Notes under the pieces: model-generated
Databases searched by the model: none
Told to the model about the DNA's origin: nothing
Seen by the model: only the letters and a program-made list of their open reading frames with translations
Shown: positions 9,127 through 17,297 of the stretch, in pieces
How positions within the stretch are numbered: position 1 is the first letter of the stretch
Layout: the number at the start of each line of letters is the position of its first letter
Made by a program: the position numbers and the translations under genes
Origin: an uncultured Methanosarcinales archaeon
Lineage (GTDB): Archaea > Nanobdellota > Nanobdellia > Woesearchaeales > CAXGTL01
DNA length: 63,984 bases
Direction: 5' to 3'
Assembly (NCBI GenBank): GCA_964535955.1
Contig: CAZHVK010000005.1
Location: 1 to 63,984, forward strand

Positions 9127-10182
9127 ATGTATATGGGGTTTGAACAAGTATTGGAAAAAGTTTATTGGAATAATTCAATTCAAAGCTATTTGATAGCCTT
9201 GGGAATACTTTTACTGGTTTTTATATTTTTAAAAATATTTAAATTTATTGTGTTAAAGAAATTAGGAAAAGCAGCAAAAAAAACAAAGACAAAAAAAGAT
9301 GACCAGGTTGTGAAAGCTATTGAAAACATTGGATGGCCATTGTATTTTGTTTTAGGATTGTATTTTTGTTTGAAAATATTGATTTTGCCTGAGTTTCTTG
9401 TTAAAGGTGTCAAATATCTTACTTTTATTGTTATTACTTATTATGTTGTTATTGCAATTCAAAGAATAATAATTTTTACAATAAATAAAAATGTTGAATC
9501 TAAAGAAACTAAGATGGATCAGCACACAGGAGAAATTCTTGGTAGAATAACTAAAATTATTTTATGGATAATTGCTATTATCTTGATTATATCTAATCTT
9601 GGTTATGATATCTCTACATTGATTGCTGGATTAGGTATCGGTGGAATTGCTATTGCATTTGCATTGCAAAATATTTTGTCTGATATTTTTTCATCATTTT
9701 CTATCTACATGGATCAACCATTTAGAGTTGGAGATTTTATTGTGATTGGTACTGATTCTGGAACTGTTAAAAAGATTGGTATGAAATCAACAAGGATTCA
9801 GACTTTGCATGGTGAAGAATTAGTTGTTTCTAATAGAGAATTAACTTCAACAAGAATAAGTAATTATAAAAAACTGAAAAAAAGAAGAGTTGTGTTTAAT
9901 ATTGGTGTTATATATGATACTTCTAGTAAGAAATTGAAAAAGATTCCTCCTATTATTAAAGAAGTTTTTAAGAATCGTAAAGATGTTGAGCTTAGCAGGG
10001 TACATTTTAAATCATTTGGTGATTTTAGTCTGAATTTTGAGGTTGTCTATGTTCTTAATAAAAAAGATTATAATTTCTATATGGATACACAACAAAAGAT
10101 AAATTTTGCTATCAAAGAAAAGTTTGACAAAGCTAAGATTGAGATGGCTTTCCCTACACAGACTGTTTATGTGAAGAAGTGA
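9127..10182 (+). CDS. mscS: Small-conductance mechanosensitive channel (start uncertain, 9115-9133)
   Basis: AGLGIGGIAIAFALQ, PFRVGDFI, GTVKKIG motifs. Confidence 0.93.
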   Translation: MYMGFEQVLEKVYWNNSIQSYLIALGILLLVFIFLKIFKFIVLKKLGKAAKKTKTKKDDQVVKAIENIGWPLYFVLGLYFCLKILILPEFLVKGVKYLTFIVITYYVVIAIQRIIIFTINKNVESKETKMDQHTGEILGRITKIILWIIAIILIISNLGYDISTLIAGLGIGGIAIAFALQNILSDIFSSFSIYMDQPFRVGDFIVIGTDSGTVKKIGMKSTRIQTLHGEELVVSNRELTSTRISNYKKLKKRRVVFNIGVIYDTSSKKLKKIPPIIKEVFKNRKDVELSRVHFKSFGDFSLNFEVVYVLNKKDYNFYMDTQQKINFAIKEKFDKAKIEMAFPTQTVYVKK

Positions 10183-10249
10183 ATGTAATTTCTAATACTT
10201 ATTTTACACTTTAATAATAATTATAAATAAGAAGATAATTCTACTATAT

Positions 10250-10672
10250 ATGTTAACTAATCTAAGAATGTCTATTGTGCAGTTTGCTAAAGAAAGAGAA
10301 GAACAATACCTAACATATAAAGGCAAACATCCTCATATGGATCAAAGATATGAACAAGGATGGGTGCCTGTAATGCAAGCATATTATGCTCCTGCACATG
10401 ATAGATTTTATCCAACAATTGATTTTTCTAAGGAAATAGTTGAAACTCTTGAGAAAGATGGAATGTTTGCTGTTAGGGATAAGGATTGCATGAATATAGA
10501 AGACTTTGAAAAAGCTTTGTCTGAAGTTCTGCTGCATGTGCCTGAAGATATTGAGAATATAATCTGGGATCACAGAACATATCTTCTGATGATAGATAGG
10601 AAAGCTTTTTCTAATAATGGAATTAATGAGCATAATGTTCAGTTCTATTTGAGAAGATGTGGTTTTACTTGA
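10250..10672 (+). CDS. Hypothetical protein
   Basis: 140-aa ORF just after a TATA-like element; no motif recognised. Confidence 0.65.
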   Translation: MLTNLRMSIVQFAKEREEQYLTYKGKHPHMDQRYEQGWVPVMQAYYAPAHDRFYPTIDFSKEIVETLEKDGMFAVRDKDCMNIEDFEKALSEVLLHVPEDIENIIWDHRTYLLMIDRKAFSNNGINEHNVQFYLRRCGFT

Positions 10673-10725
10673 TAAAGCGTTGAGCATAGAAAGGTTTTTA
10701 TAATCTATATTTATTCTTTTATATT

Positions 10726-11928
10726 ATGATAATAGGTGTAGTAGGAAAAGCCAATGTAGGCAAATCAACATTTTTCAAAGCAGCTACTTTAGCTGAAGTT
10801 GAAATAGGTAATTATCCGTTTGTTACTATTAAAGCGAACTCTGGTGTTGGATATGTAAAGGTAAAGTGTGTTGATCAAGAGTTTGGTGTGCAATGTGATC
10901 CTAGGAAAGGATATTGTAAAAATGGCATCAGATTTGTGCCTGTTGAACTTATAGATGTTGCTGGATTAGTGCCTGGTGCACATGAAGGAAAAGGAATGGG
11001 TAATCAGTTTCTTGATGATATTAGGCAGGCAGATGTATTGATACATGTTATAGATGGTTCTGGTGGTACTAATGAAAAAGGTGAAACAATTGAAATTGGT
11101 TCATATGATCCTGCAGAAGATATTAAATTCTTAGAAACAGAGATTGATATGTGGTACTTAAGTATTGTTAAAAAGAATTGGGTTAAGTTTGTTAGACAAG
11201 TTATACAAGAAAAAAGAGAAATTCAAAAAGCTTTAGCAACACAATTATCTGGTCTAAAGATTACAGAAGAATTAGTTGATCAAGGTATTAAAGAAATTGG
11301 TCTGGATAAACATAAACCTGATAAATGGTCTGATGATGATTTGTTTAGATTAGTAATATTCTTAAGGCGTAAAACAAAACCAATGATAATTGCTTGTAAT
11401 AAGATTGATATTGGTGTTGGTAAAGAAAATTATAAAAAATTAAGAGCTGATTTTCCTGATTATTTAATTGTACCATGTTCTGCTGAATCAGAATTAGCTT
11501 TGAAAGAAGCTGCTAAACAAGGTTTGATTGAATATATGCCTGGTGATAAGGATTTTAAAATTCTTCATGAGGATAAATTAAGTGATAAGCAAAGAAAAGC
11601 TTTGGAATTTATAAAAGAAAATGTGCTTGCTAATTCTATACATGGAACAGGTGTGCAAGATGTACTAAATAATGCTGTTTTTAATCTACTAGGTTATATT
11701 GCAATATTTCCAGGTGGTGTTAACAAGCTAGCTGATCAAGATGGAAACATATTGCCTGATTGTTTTCTTCTTCCACCGAATTCCACAGCATTAGACTTTG
11801 CATATAAGATACATTCTGATATTGGTGATGGGTTTGTAAAAGCTATTGATGCTAAGACTAAGCAAGCTGTTGGCAAAGAACATAAGCTAAAGAATAGAGA
11901 TGTTTTGGAGATAAAGAGTACTAAATAG
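10726..11928 (+). CDS. ychF: Archaeal OBG-family ATPase/GTPase YchF with TGS domain
   Basis: GKANVGKST, NYPFVT, DVAGLV, NKID and C-terminal TGS domain. Confidence 0.92.
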   Translation: MIIGVVGKANVGKSTFFKAATLAEVEIGNYPFVTIKANSGVGYVKVKCVDQEFGVQCDPRKGYCKNGIRFVPVELIDVAGLVPGAHEGKGMGNQFLDDIRQADVLIHVIDGSGGTNEKGETIEIGSYDPAEDIKFLETEIDMWYLSIVKKNWVKFVRQVIQEKREIQKALATQLSGLKITEELVDQGIKEIGLDKHKPDKWSDDDLFRLVIFLRRKTKPMIIACNKIDIGVGKENYKKLRADFPDYLIVPCSAESELALKEAAKQGLIEYMPGDKDFKILHEDKLSDKQRKALEFIKENVLANSIHGTGVQDVLNNAVFNLLGYIAIFPGGVNKLADQDGNILPDCFLLPPNSTALDFAYKIHSDIGDGFVKAIDAKTKQAVGKEHKLKNRDVLEIKSTK

Positions 11929-11936
11929 AAATATAA

Positions 11937-12419
11937 TTATTTCAAAAACTCATGATGAAACTTCTTTATATTGAGTTCTTTTTTGTACAAGTAAATGATT
12001 GATTTTAATAAAACCAATAAAAACACAATAGAAACAAATACAGTGACTAATTCATTAAGAAATCTTGGCTGAAAAATAAATGCTAATGTCAAGCCACCTG
12101 CAGGTGGATGAATATTGTTTGTAATAGCCATCAGACTTATTGAAGTAAAGATTGCAAGACCTGCTGCCAAAGGAACATTTTTCAGATAATAAAATAAATA
12201 ACCTGTTATTGCTGCAATCAGGTATGAAAATAAAACAACTCTTAGTTTTGCAATCCTTCTATCAGGAAATTCTGCCAATATGACTGAAGATGCTCCTAAT
12301 GAAGCAAACAATATTGCGTTTCCAATCGTGATTTTTAAGAAAAATGAAATTATGAATATTGAGACTCCTGCAAAGAATGCTGGAACTAGTTTTTCTTTTA
12401 AGATTATTAAGTATTTCAT
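11937..12419 (-). CDS. HPP family membrane protein
   Basis: ASLGASSV and HPPAGG motifs; start overlaps the oapC stop. Confidence 0.88.
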   Translation of the reverse strand: MKYLIILKEKLVPAFFAGVSIFIISFFLKITIGNAILFASLGASSVILAEFPDRRIAKLRVVLFSYLIAAITGYLFYYLKNVPLAAGLAIFTSISLMAITNNIHPPAGGLTLAFIFQPRFLNELVTVFVSIVFLLVLLKSIIYLYKKELNIKKFHHEFLK

Positions 12420-12799
12420 TTTTTCTTTTTCATCTTAGCAAAAGTAGAAGCAAGATCTATCATATACTTACCGTCTTCTAATTTATAGATTAATGGCTGA
12501 TTTTTGTTGAATAAGTTTACTAAATCAATGTCAAACTTGCCTTCGCCTTTGATTGCAATTGATTCAAAGTCTAAGATAACTGGTCTGTCTTTATCATAGT
12601 CCTGGCCAATGATCTCAAAAACATCTGTTTCTATTTGTTTTTTTTCTGATTTTGATAAACCAGATGTAACTTGTTTTGCTTTCTGAAGCTTTTTCTTAGA
12701 AACATAAAAAAATAATTTACCACCGCATGGACAACCTTTTAAAATCTCCTTAGAACCATCTTCATAAAATGTATTGCATCTTACGCATTGGTGTGGCAT
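12416..12799 (-). CDS. oapC: Zn-ribbon protein OapC/ArvC (DUF2072)
   Basis: MPHQCVRC...ILKGCPCGGKLFFY, ESI...G.FDIDL..L signature. Confidence 0.88.
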   Translation of the reverse strand: MPHQCVRCNTFYEDGSKEILKGCPCGGKLFFYVSKKKLQKAKQVTSGLSKSEKKQIETDVFEIIGQDYDKDRPVILDFESIAIKGEGKFDIDLVNLFNKNQPLIYKLEDGKYMIDLASTFAKMKKKK

Positions 12800-12814
12800 A
12801 TTCGTCCTACCGAA

Positions 12815-13219
12815 TTATGTTCGGCTTGTCCTCCTTTTCTTTGTCCCATTCTTTGTCAATAACTCAATCTTATTAGGGTCTCTTTTTATCTCTTTTACAA
12901 CTGTTGCCGGACCAATAATTGTCATGCCTTGTCTGTTTCCTAATAGTAAGTTTGTTATATGTTTTTTAAAATTGTCAAATGTAAAATTTGTTTTTAATTT
13001 TTTTAGATTAGGATGAATAACAGCTAATTCTATTCCTTTGAATGAACCATTGATTGATTCCATTGTTTTTTCTATTAATTTTGTTTCTTCATGTTTTCTT
13101 AATCTTCCACCTAATAAAACAATTTTGTCAGACTTTGCAGCTGTTAATATCTTCTTAATCCTTTGCTCAGAGTTAAGAGCTGAAATTTCATGATATGGTA
13201 TAAATTGCAATGTTAACAT
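12815..13219 (-). CDS. oapB: OapB/ArvB (DUF2073)
   Basis: EETKLIEKTM..I...FKGIE and GMTIIGPA..VKEIKRDP signature; position in operon. Confidence 0.88.
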   Translation of the reverse strand: MLTLQFIPYHEISALNSEQRIKKILTAAKSDKIVLLGGRLRKHEETKLIEKTMESINGSFKGIELAVIHPNLKKLKTNFTFDNFKKHITNLLLGNRQGMTIIGPATVVKEIKRDPNKIELLTKNGTKKRRTSRT

Positions 13220-13220
13220 T

Positions 13221-13853
13221 TTATGTAGCCACCTCAAATAATGCTTCATAGAAATCTTTTAAATTATTTCCATATTTTGCACTTATTCCAACAACACTAT
13301 ACTGTGGAAAAGCTGATTCTATCTTCTTGATCTTTGCTTTTTTTAGGTCAACCTTGTTTCCAACAACTAGCACAGGAATCTGTCTTGCAGCCAGGTTGCC
13401 AACAATCGTGATATTTACTTGTGAATATGGATCTTTTGTTGAATCCAGTACAACTACAACTGCATCCATGTCATCTAACCATTTTATTGAATCTATAACA
13501 CCTTTTGTTGCTTCTTTTGCTCTTTTTTTAGCTGCTTTTTCTTTTAATCCAAATTTAAGAAAATCTTCATAATCTATCTTTGTTGCGATACCAGGTGTAT
13601 CTACTAAGTTAAAAGATAATTCTTTATCACCTGATTTTATATTGATTTGTTCTTTTATCTGGATTTCTCTTGTTTCATGGGGTACATTAGAAACAGATCC
13701 TAATTTTTCGCCAAGCCAATCTTTACAAATCGTATTTGCAAGAGTAGTTTTGCCTGCATTAGGCGGGCCATATAAACCCAATCTAATATGTTTCTTTGTT
13801 TTAAAGAAGTTTTTAAATAGTTTGTTAAAGAAATTTTGTAGTATTGACAACAT
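13221..13853 (-). CDS. oapA: Era-like small GTPase OapA/ArvA
   Basis: GPPNAGKTTLAN, PHETRE, DTPG, NKVD, ISAK; N-terminal amphipathic helix; synteny with DUF2073 and DUF2072. Confidence 0.9.
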   Translation of the reverse strand: MLSILQNFFNKLFKNFFKTKKHIRLGLYGPPNAGKTTLANTICKDWLGEKLGSVSNVPHETREIQIKEQINIKSGDKELSFNLVDTPGIATKIDYEDFLKFGLKEKAAKKRAKEATKGVIDSIKWLDDMDAVVVVLDSTKDPYSQVNITIVGNLAARQIPVLVVGNKVDLKKAKIKKIESAFPQYSVVGISAKYGNNLKDFYEALFEVAT

Positions 13854-14041
13854 TATAGTATCACCGCTTTTTAGTTTATTATTTGTATTAACCTCTTTTT
13901 TAATAAGAAAACTTATATGATATATATATAGCTTTCTCTTTTTTATAAAGTTTTTGTTAAAAATTATAGATATTGGATAAAATCTAATAAAAATAACAAT
14001 ATTTATATATAATACTACAGTTATTTAAGTAGAAAAGGTGT

Positions 14042-15508
14042 ATGGATATGACTGAATTAAACATTGAAGCATTTGCAAAGTTCTGTAAGACAAAAGGTTT
14101 AGTGTATCAGAGTTCTGAGATTTATGGAGGATTTGCTGGGTTCTGGGATTTTGGTCCTCTGGGAGTAGAACTTTATAATAATGTTAAAGCACATTGGTGG
14201 AAATATTTTGTGCAGGATAAAGAAAACATGGTTGGTCTGGATGCCAGCATAATATCACACCCAAGAACATGGAAAGCTTCAGGACACATAGAATCTTTTA
14301 ATGATATTTCTATTATATGTAAAGAATGTAAAAAGACTAATAAAATTGATGAATGTGATATGGGAAAAGTAGATTGTGAGTTTTGTAAAGGAGAGCTTGA
14401 CATAAAGACTGCTAAGAAATTGAATTTATTGTTCTCAACTACTGTTGGACCTGATAAAGGTGTTACTGCTTATCTTCGTGGTGAGACTGCTCAGTCAATG
14501 TTTATGAATTTTAAACTAATTACTGATACTTGCAGGGTTAAGCTGCCATTTGGTATTGCACAGATTGGTAAATGTTTTAGAAATGAAATTTCTCCCAGAG
14601 ATTTTATATTTAGAGATAGAGAACTTACAATTGGTGAATTAGAATTTTTTATACATCCTGAAGAAACAAAGTGTTCTTTATTAGATAAAGAACATCTTGA
14701 TATAGAAGTTGATCTGCTTGATGCAGAGACACAAGAAGATAAAAGAGAGGATATGAAAAAGTATACAATTGGTAAGATGTTGAAAGATGGCAGGCTTGGG
14801 GAATGGCATGCTTATTGGCTGGCTGAACAATTGCTCTGGTTTAAGAAACTTGGTCTGGATATGAGTAAAATAAAACTTAGAGAACATAAAAAATCTGAAT
14901 TATCACATTATTCATCTGCTACATTTGACATGGATTATGATTATCCTTTTGGTTCTCAAGAAGTTGCTGGTAATGCTAATCGTGGGCAGTATGATCTTAA
15001 CCAACATATAAAAGAAAGTAAACAAAATCTAGAAATATTTGATGAAAAAAGTAGTAAAAAAGTTATACCTAGAGTTATTGAGCCAACATTTGGCATGGAT
15101 AGGGTGTTTTTAGCTGTTATTGTTAATGCTTATAATTATGATAAAGAAAGAGGTAATATTGTTTTGAAATTACCTGTTGGTCTGGCTCCTATCAAAATAG
15201 GGGTTTTTCCTTTGACTAATAAATTAGAAGGGACTGCTAGAAGTGTGTTTGATAAGTTGAAAAAATTTACTGTTTGCCAATTTGATAAAGGTGGAAGTAT
15301 TGGTAGACGGTATGCTCGTGCTGACGAAATTGGTATTCCTTATTGTGTAACTATTGATTTTGATATTGAAAAAGATCAGTCTGTGACAATACGTGACAGA
15401 GATACTACTAAACAGATTAGGGTAAAAGCTGATAAATTATTTGATACTTTGCATAAGTTATTGCATTGTGGTCTGAAATTTGAAGATGCAGGGGCATTGG
15501 TTAAATAA
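14042..15508 (+). CDS. glyS: Glycine--tRNA ligase (alpha2 type)
   Basis: YLRGETAQ, FRNEISPR, VIEPTFG, GSIGRRYARADEIG. Confidence 0.96.
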   Translation: MDMTELNIEAFAKFCKTKGLVYQSSEIYGGFAGFWDFGPLGVELYNNVKAHWWKYFVQDKENMVGLDASIISHPRTWKASGHIESFNDISIICKECKKTNKIDECDMGKVDCEFCKGELDIKTAKKLNLLFSTTVGPDKGVTAYLRGETAQSMFMNFKLITDTCRVKLPFGIAQIGKCFRNEISPRDFIFRDRELTIGELEFFIHPEETKCSLLDKEHLDIEVDLLDAETQEDKREDMKKYTIGKMLKDGRLGEWHAYWLAEQLLWFKKLGLDMSKIKLREHKKSELSHYSSATFDMDYDYPFGSQEVAGNANRGQYDLNQHIKESKQNLEIFDEKSSKKVIPRVIEPTFGMDRVFLAVIVNAYNYDKERGNIVLKLPVGLAPIKIGVFPLTNKLEGTARSVFDKLKKFTVCQFDKGGSIGRRYARADEIGIPYCVTIDFDIEKDQSVTIRDRDTTKQIRVKADKLFDTLHKLLHCGLKFEDAGALVK

Positions 15509-15541
15509 ATTAAATTTAATATTAATAAATAAATTATATTC

Positions 15542-16600
15542 ATGAACATCAACAAAATTGATGAAGAGATAGACAAAATATCTCAGGAAGTAGTTATAAT
15601 TGCTAAGATTATTCCTAGTAATTTGAAGACTGAGAAAAGAAAATTCTTTAATAGTAATGATTATAATCCGGTTTTTCAATATGATGAAATAAATATAGAT
15701 TTTGAAGGATTGATGCAAAGATTGGATAATATAAAATGTGATGATTCTGTTATTGGAAAATTATTGTGTGAAAAAATACAAAGATTAAAAGGAAAGATTG
15801 ATTTGATAAGAAATATTGGTAAAAAAGATTTTAGTGACATTTCTGTGAAGTTTTTTGGTAAACCAAGCAAAGAACTAACTAAAAAAGCTGAACAAGATCT
15901 TAATAATGTCATTCTAAAAATTAAAAAAAATATGTTACCAACAGAAGAAGTGGTTAAAAGAGTAAGACAAATAATTAAAGATTATAAACTTAGTTGGAGA
16001 GTGATCATAAGAGATGATATGATACCAAGAATTTCTGTAAGTGTTAATGATAAAAAAATATTTATAAGAAAAAATGCAAGATTTTCTGAACAAATGCTTA
16101 AAGGAACAATTGCACATGAAATAGAAACACATGTGTTCAGGGCTGAGAATGGATTATTACAACCATTTAAAATATTTGCAACTGGTTTTCCTAATTATGA
16201 TGTTACTGAAGAAGGTTTAGCTATTATTAATGCTGAAACTGTGTGCCCTATCAAAAAATTAAGTAATCAATCTGCATTAAGACTTGTTGGGATACATACA
16301 GCATTAGAAAGTTCGTTCAGAAATGTGTTTAATATGGTATTAGAAAGAGGATATGCAAAGAATATTGCATGGAACATTGCTTTACGTTCAAAAAGGGGCT
16401 TAATCTTTACAGAAAAGCCTGGTGCATTTACAAAAGATTATCTTTATTTTAAAGGAAAAGACCTTGTGAATGAATTTATAAGGAAAAAAGGAGACATTAC
16501 AAAGCTTTATTATGGGAAAATTGGTATAGAACATGTTAAATTATTAGGTGAGATTAACAGACTAAAGAAACCAAAATTCGTGCCAAAGTTTATAAAGTAG
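15542..16600 (+). CDS. DUF1704 / MATCAP-like metallocarboxypeptidase
   Basis: HEIETHVFRAENG, TEEGLA, KRG...GAFTKDYLYFKG. Confidence 0.85.
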   Translation: MNINKIDEEIDKISQEVVIIAKIIPSNLKTEKRKFFNSNDYNPVFQYDEINIDFEGLMQRLDNIKCDDSVIGKLLCEKIQRLKGKIDLIRNIGKKDFSDISVKFFGKPSKELTKKAEQDLNNVILKIKKNMLPTEEVVKRVRQIIKDYKLSWRVIIRDDMIPRISVSVNDKKIFIRKNARFSEQMLKGTIAHEIETHVFRAENGLLQPFKIFATGFPNYDVTEEGLAIINAETVCPIKKLSNQSALRLVGIHTALESSFRNVFNMVLERGYAKNIAWNIALRSKRGLIFTEKPGAFTKDYLYFKGKDLVNEFIRKKGDITKLYYGKIGIEHVKLLGEINRLKKPKFVPKFIK

Positions 16601-16631
16601 TGGTAATTTTTTTATGTTAATATATAATAGT

Positions 16632-16707
16632 AGGTGAAAAATAAATGGAAATAAACTCACGAATGTTTGTAATTTCCATTTTTCACGGAGGTTCAAAATG
16701 GAAATAA
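16632..16707 (+). promoter_or_regulatory. Switchable leader with SD-led uORF (16645-16707, MEINSRMFVISIFHGGSKWK) upstream of ssb
   Basis: AGGTGA+ATG decoy; arm ATTTCCATTTT (16672-16682) is complementary to both the decoy start and the true start. Confidence 0.55.
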
Positions 16708-17117
16708 AAGATTTAAAGGCAAAACAAGGAAAAGTAAATATGGTAGTAGAAATAAAAGAAATGGGAGATGTTAGAGAATTTACTAAATTCGGTAGAACTG
16801 GCAGAGTATGTAATGCAATTGTTAAAGATTCTACTGGAGAAACAAAATTAACTTTATGGAATGAAGATATTGATAAAGTTAAGGTTGGTGACAAAGTTAA
16901 GATTGAAGGTGGATTTGTAAATGAATTTAGAGGAGATTTACAATTAACAAAAGGTAAGTTTGGTAAATTAGAAGTTGTGGAAGAAACTGGTGGAGAAGAA
17001 GCAGCGTCTGCAGAAGAACCAAAACCAGCAGAAACTGAATCAGAACAAGCACCTGCTGACACACCAACAGAAACACCAGTACAAGAAGAAGGAATTGTTG
17101 AAGAAAAAATTGAGTAA
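16698..17117 (+). CDS. ssb: Single-OB-fold ssDNA-binding protein (SSB/RPA) with acidic tail
   Basis: MEIKDL...DSTGETKLTLWN...VKVGDKVKIEGGFVNEFRG OB fold; GGAGG SD. Confidence 0.9.
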   Translation: MEIKDLKAKQGKVNMVVEIKEMGDVREFTKFGRTGRVCNAIVKDSTGETKLTLWNEDIDKVKVGDKVKIEGGFVNEFRGDLQLTKGKFGKLEVVEETGGEEAASAEEPKPAETESEQAPADTPTETPVQEEGIVEEKIE

Positions 17118-17152
17118 AGTTTTTATATTATTGTTTTTTTAATATTCATAAT

Positions 17153-17270
17153 GGGACTGTAGCTCAATCTGGGAGAGCACTACGCTGAAGTTAAGTTAAC
17201 TGAAACGTAGGGGTCCGGGGTTCAAAACTCATCAAAGTGAATTTGGTGAATGAAAGTCCCCGCAGTCCCA
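17153..17270 (+). tRNA. tRNA-Phe(GAA) with two introns (anticodon loop, 14 nt, ~17191-17204; T-loop 59/60, 17227-17256)
   Basis: GGGACTG/CAGTCCC acceptor; CTACG/CGTAG anticodon stem; BHB with TTCA/TGAA central helix and 3-nt bulges in the T loop. Confidence 0.88.
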
Positions 17271-17297
17271 TTTATTTTTCTTAAGAAATTATAGAAA

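Noticed and set aside
13854..14041. Possible replication origin beside oapA
   Set aside because: AT-rich, but no ORB-like repeats recognised and no cdc6/orc1 gene in the window; explained by divergent promoters.
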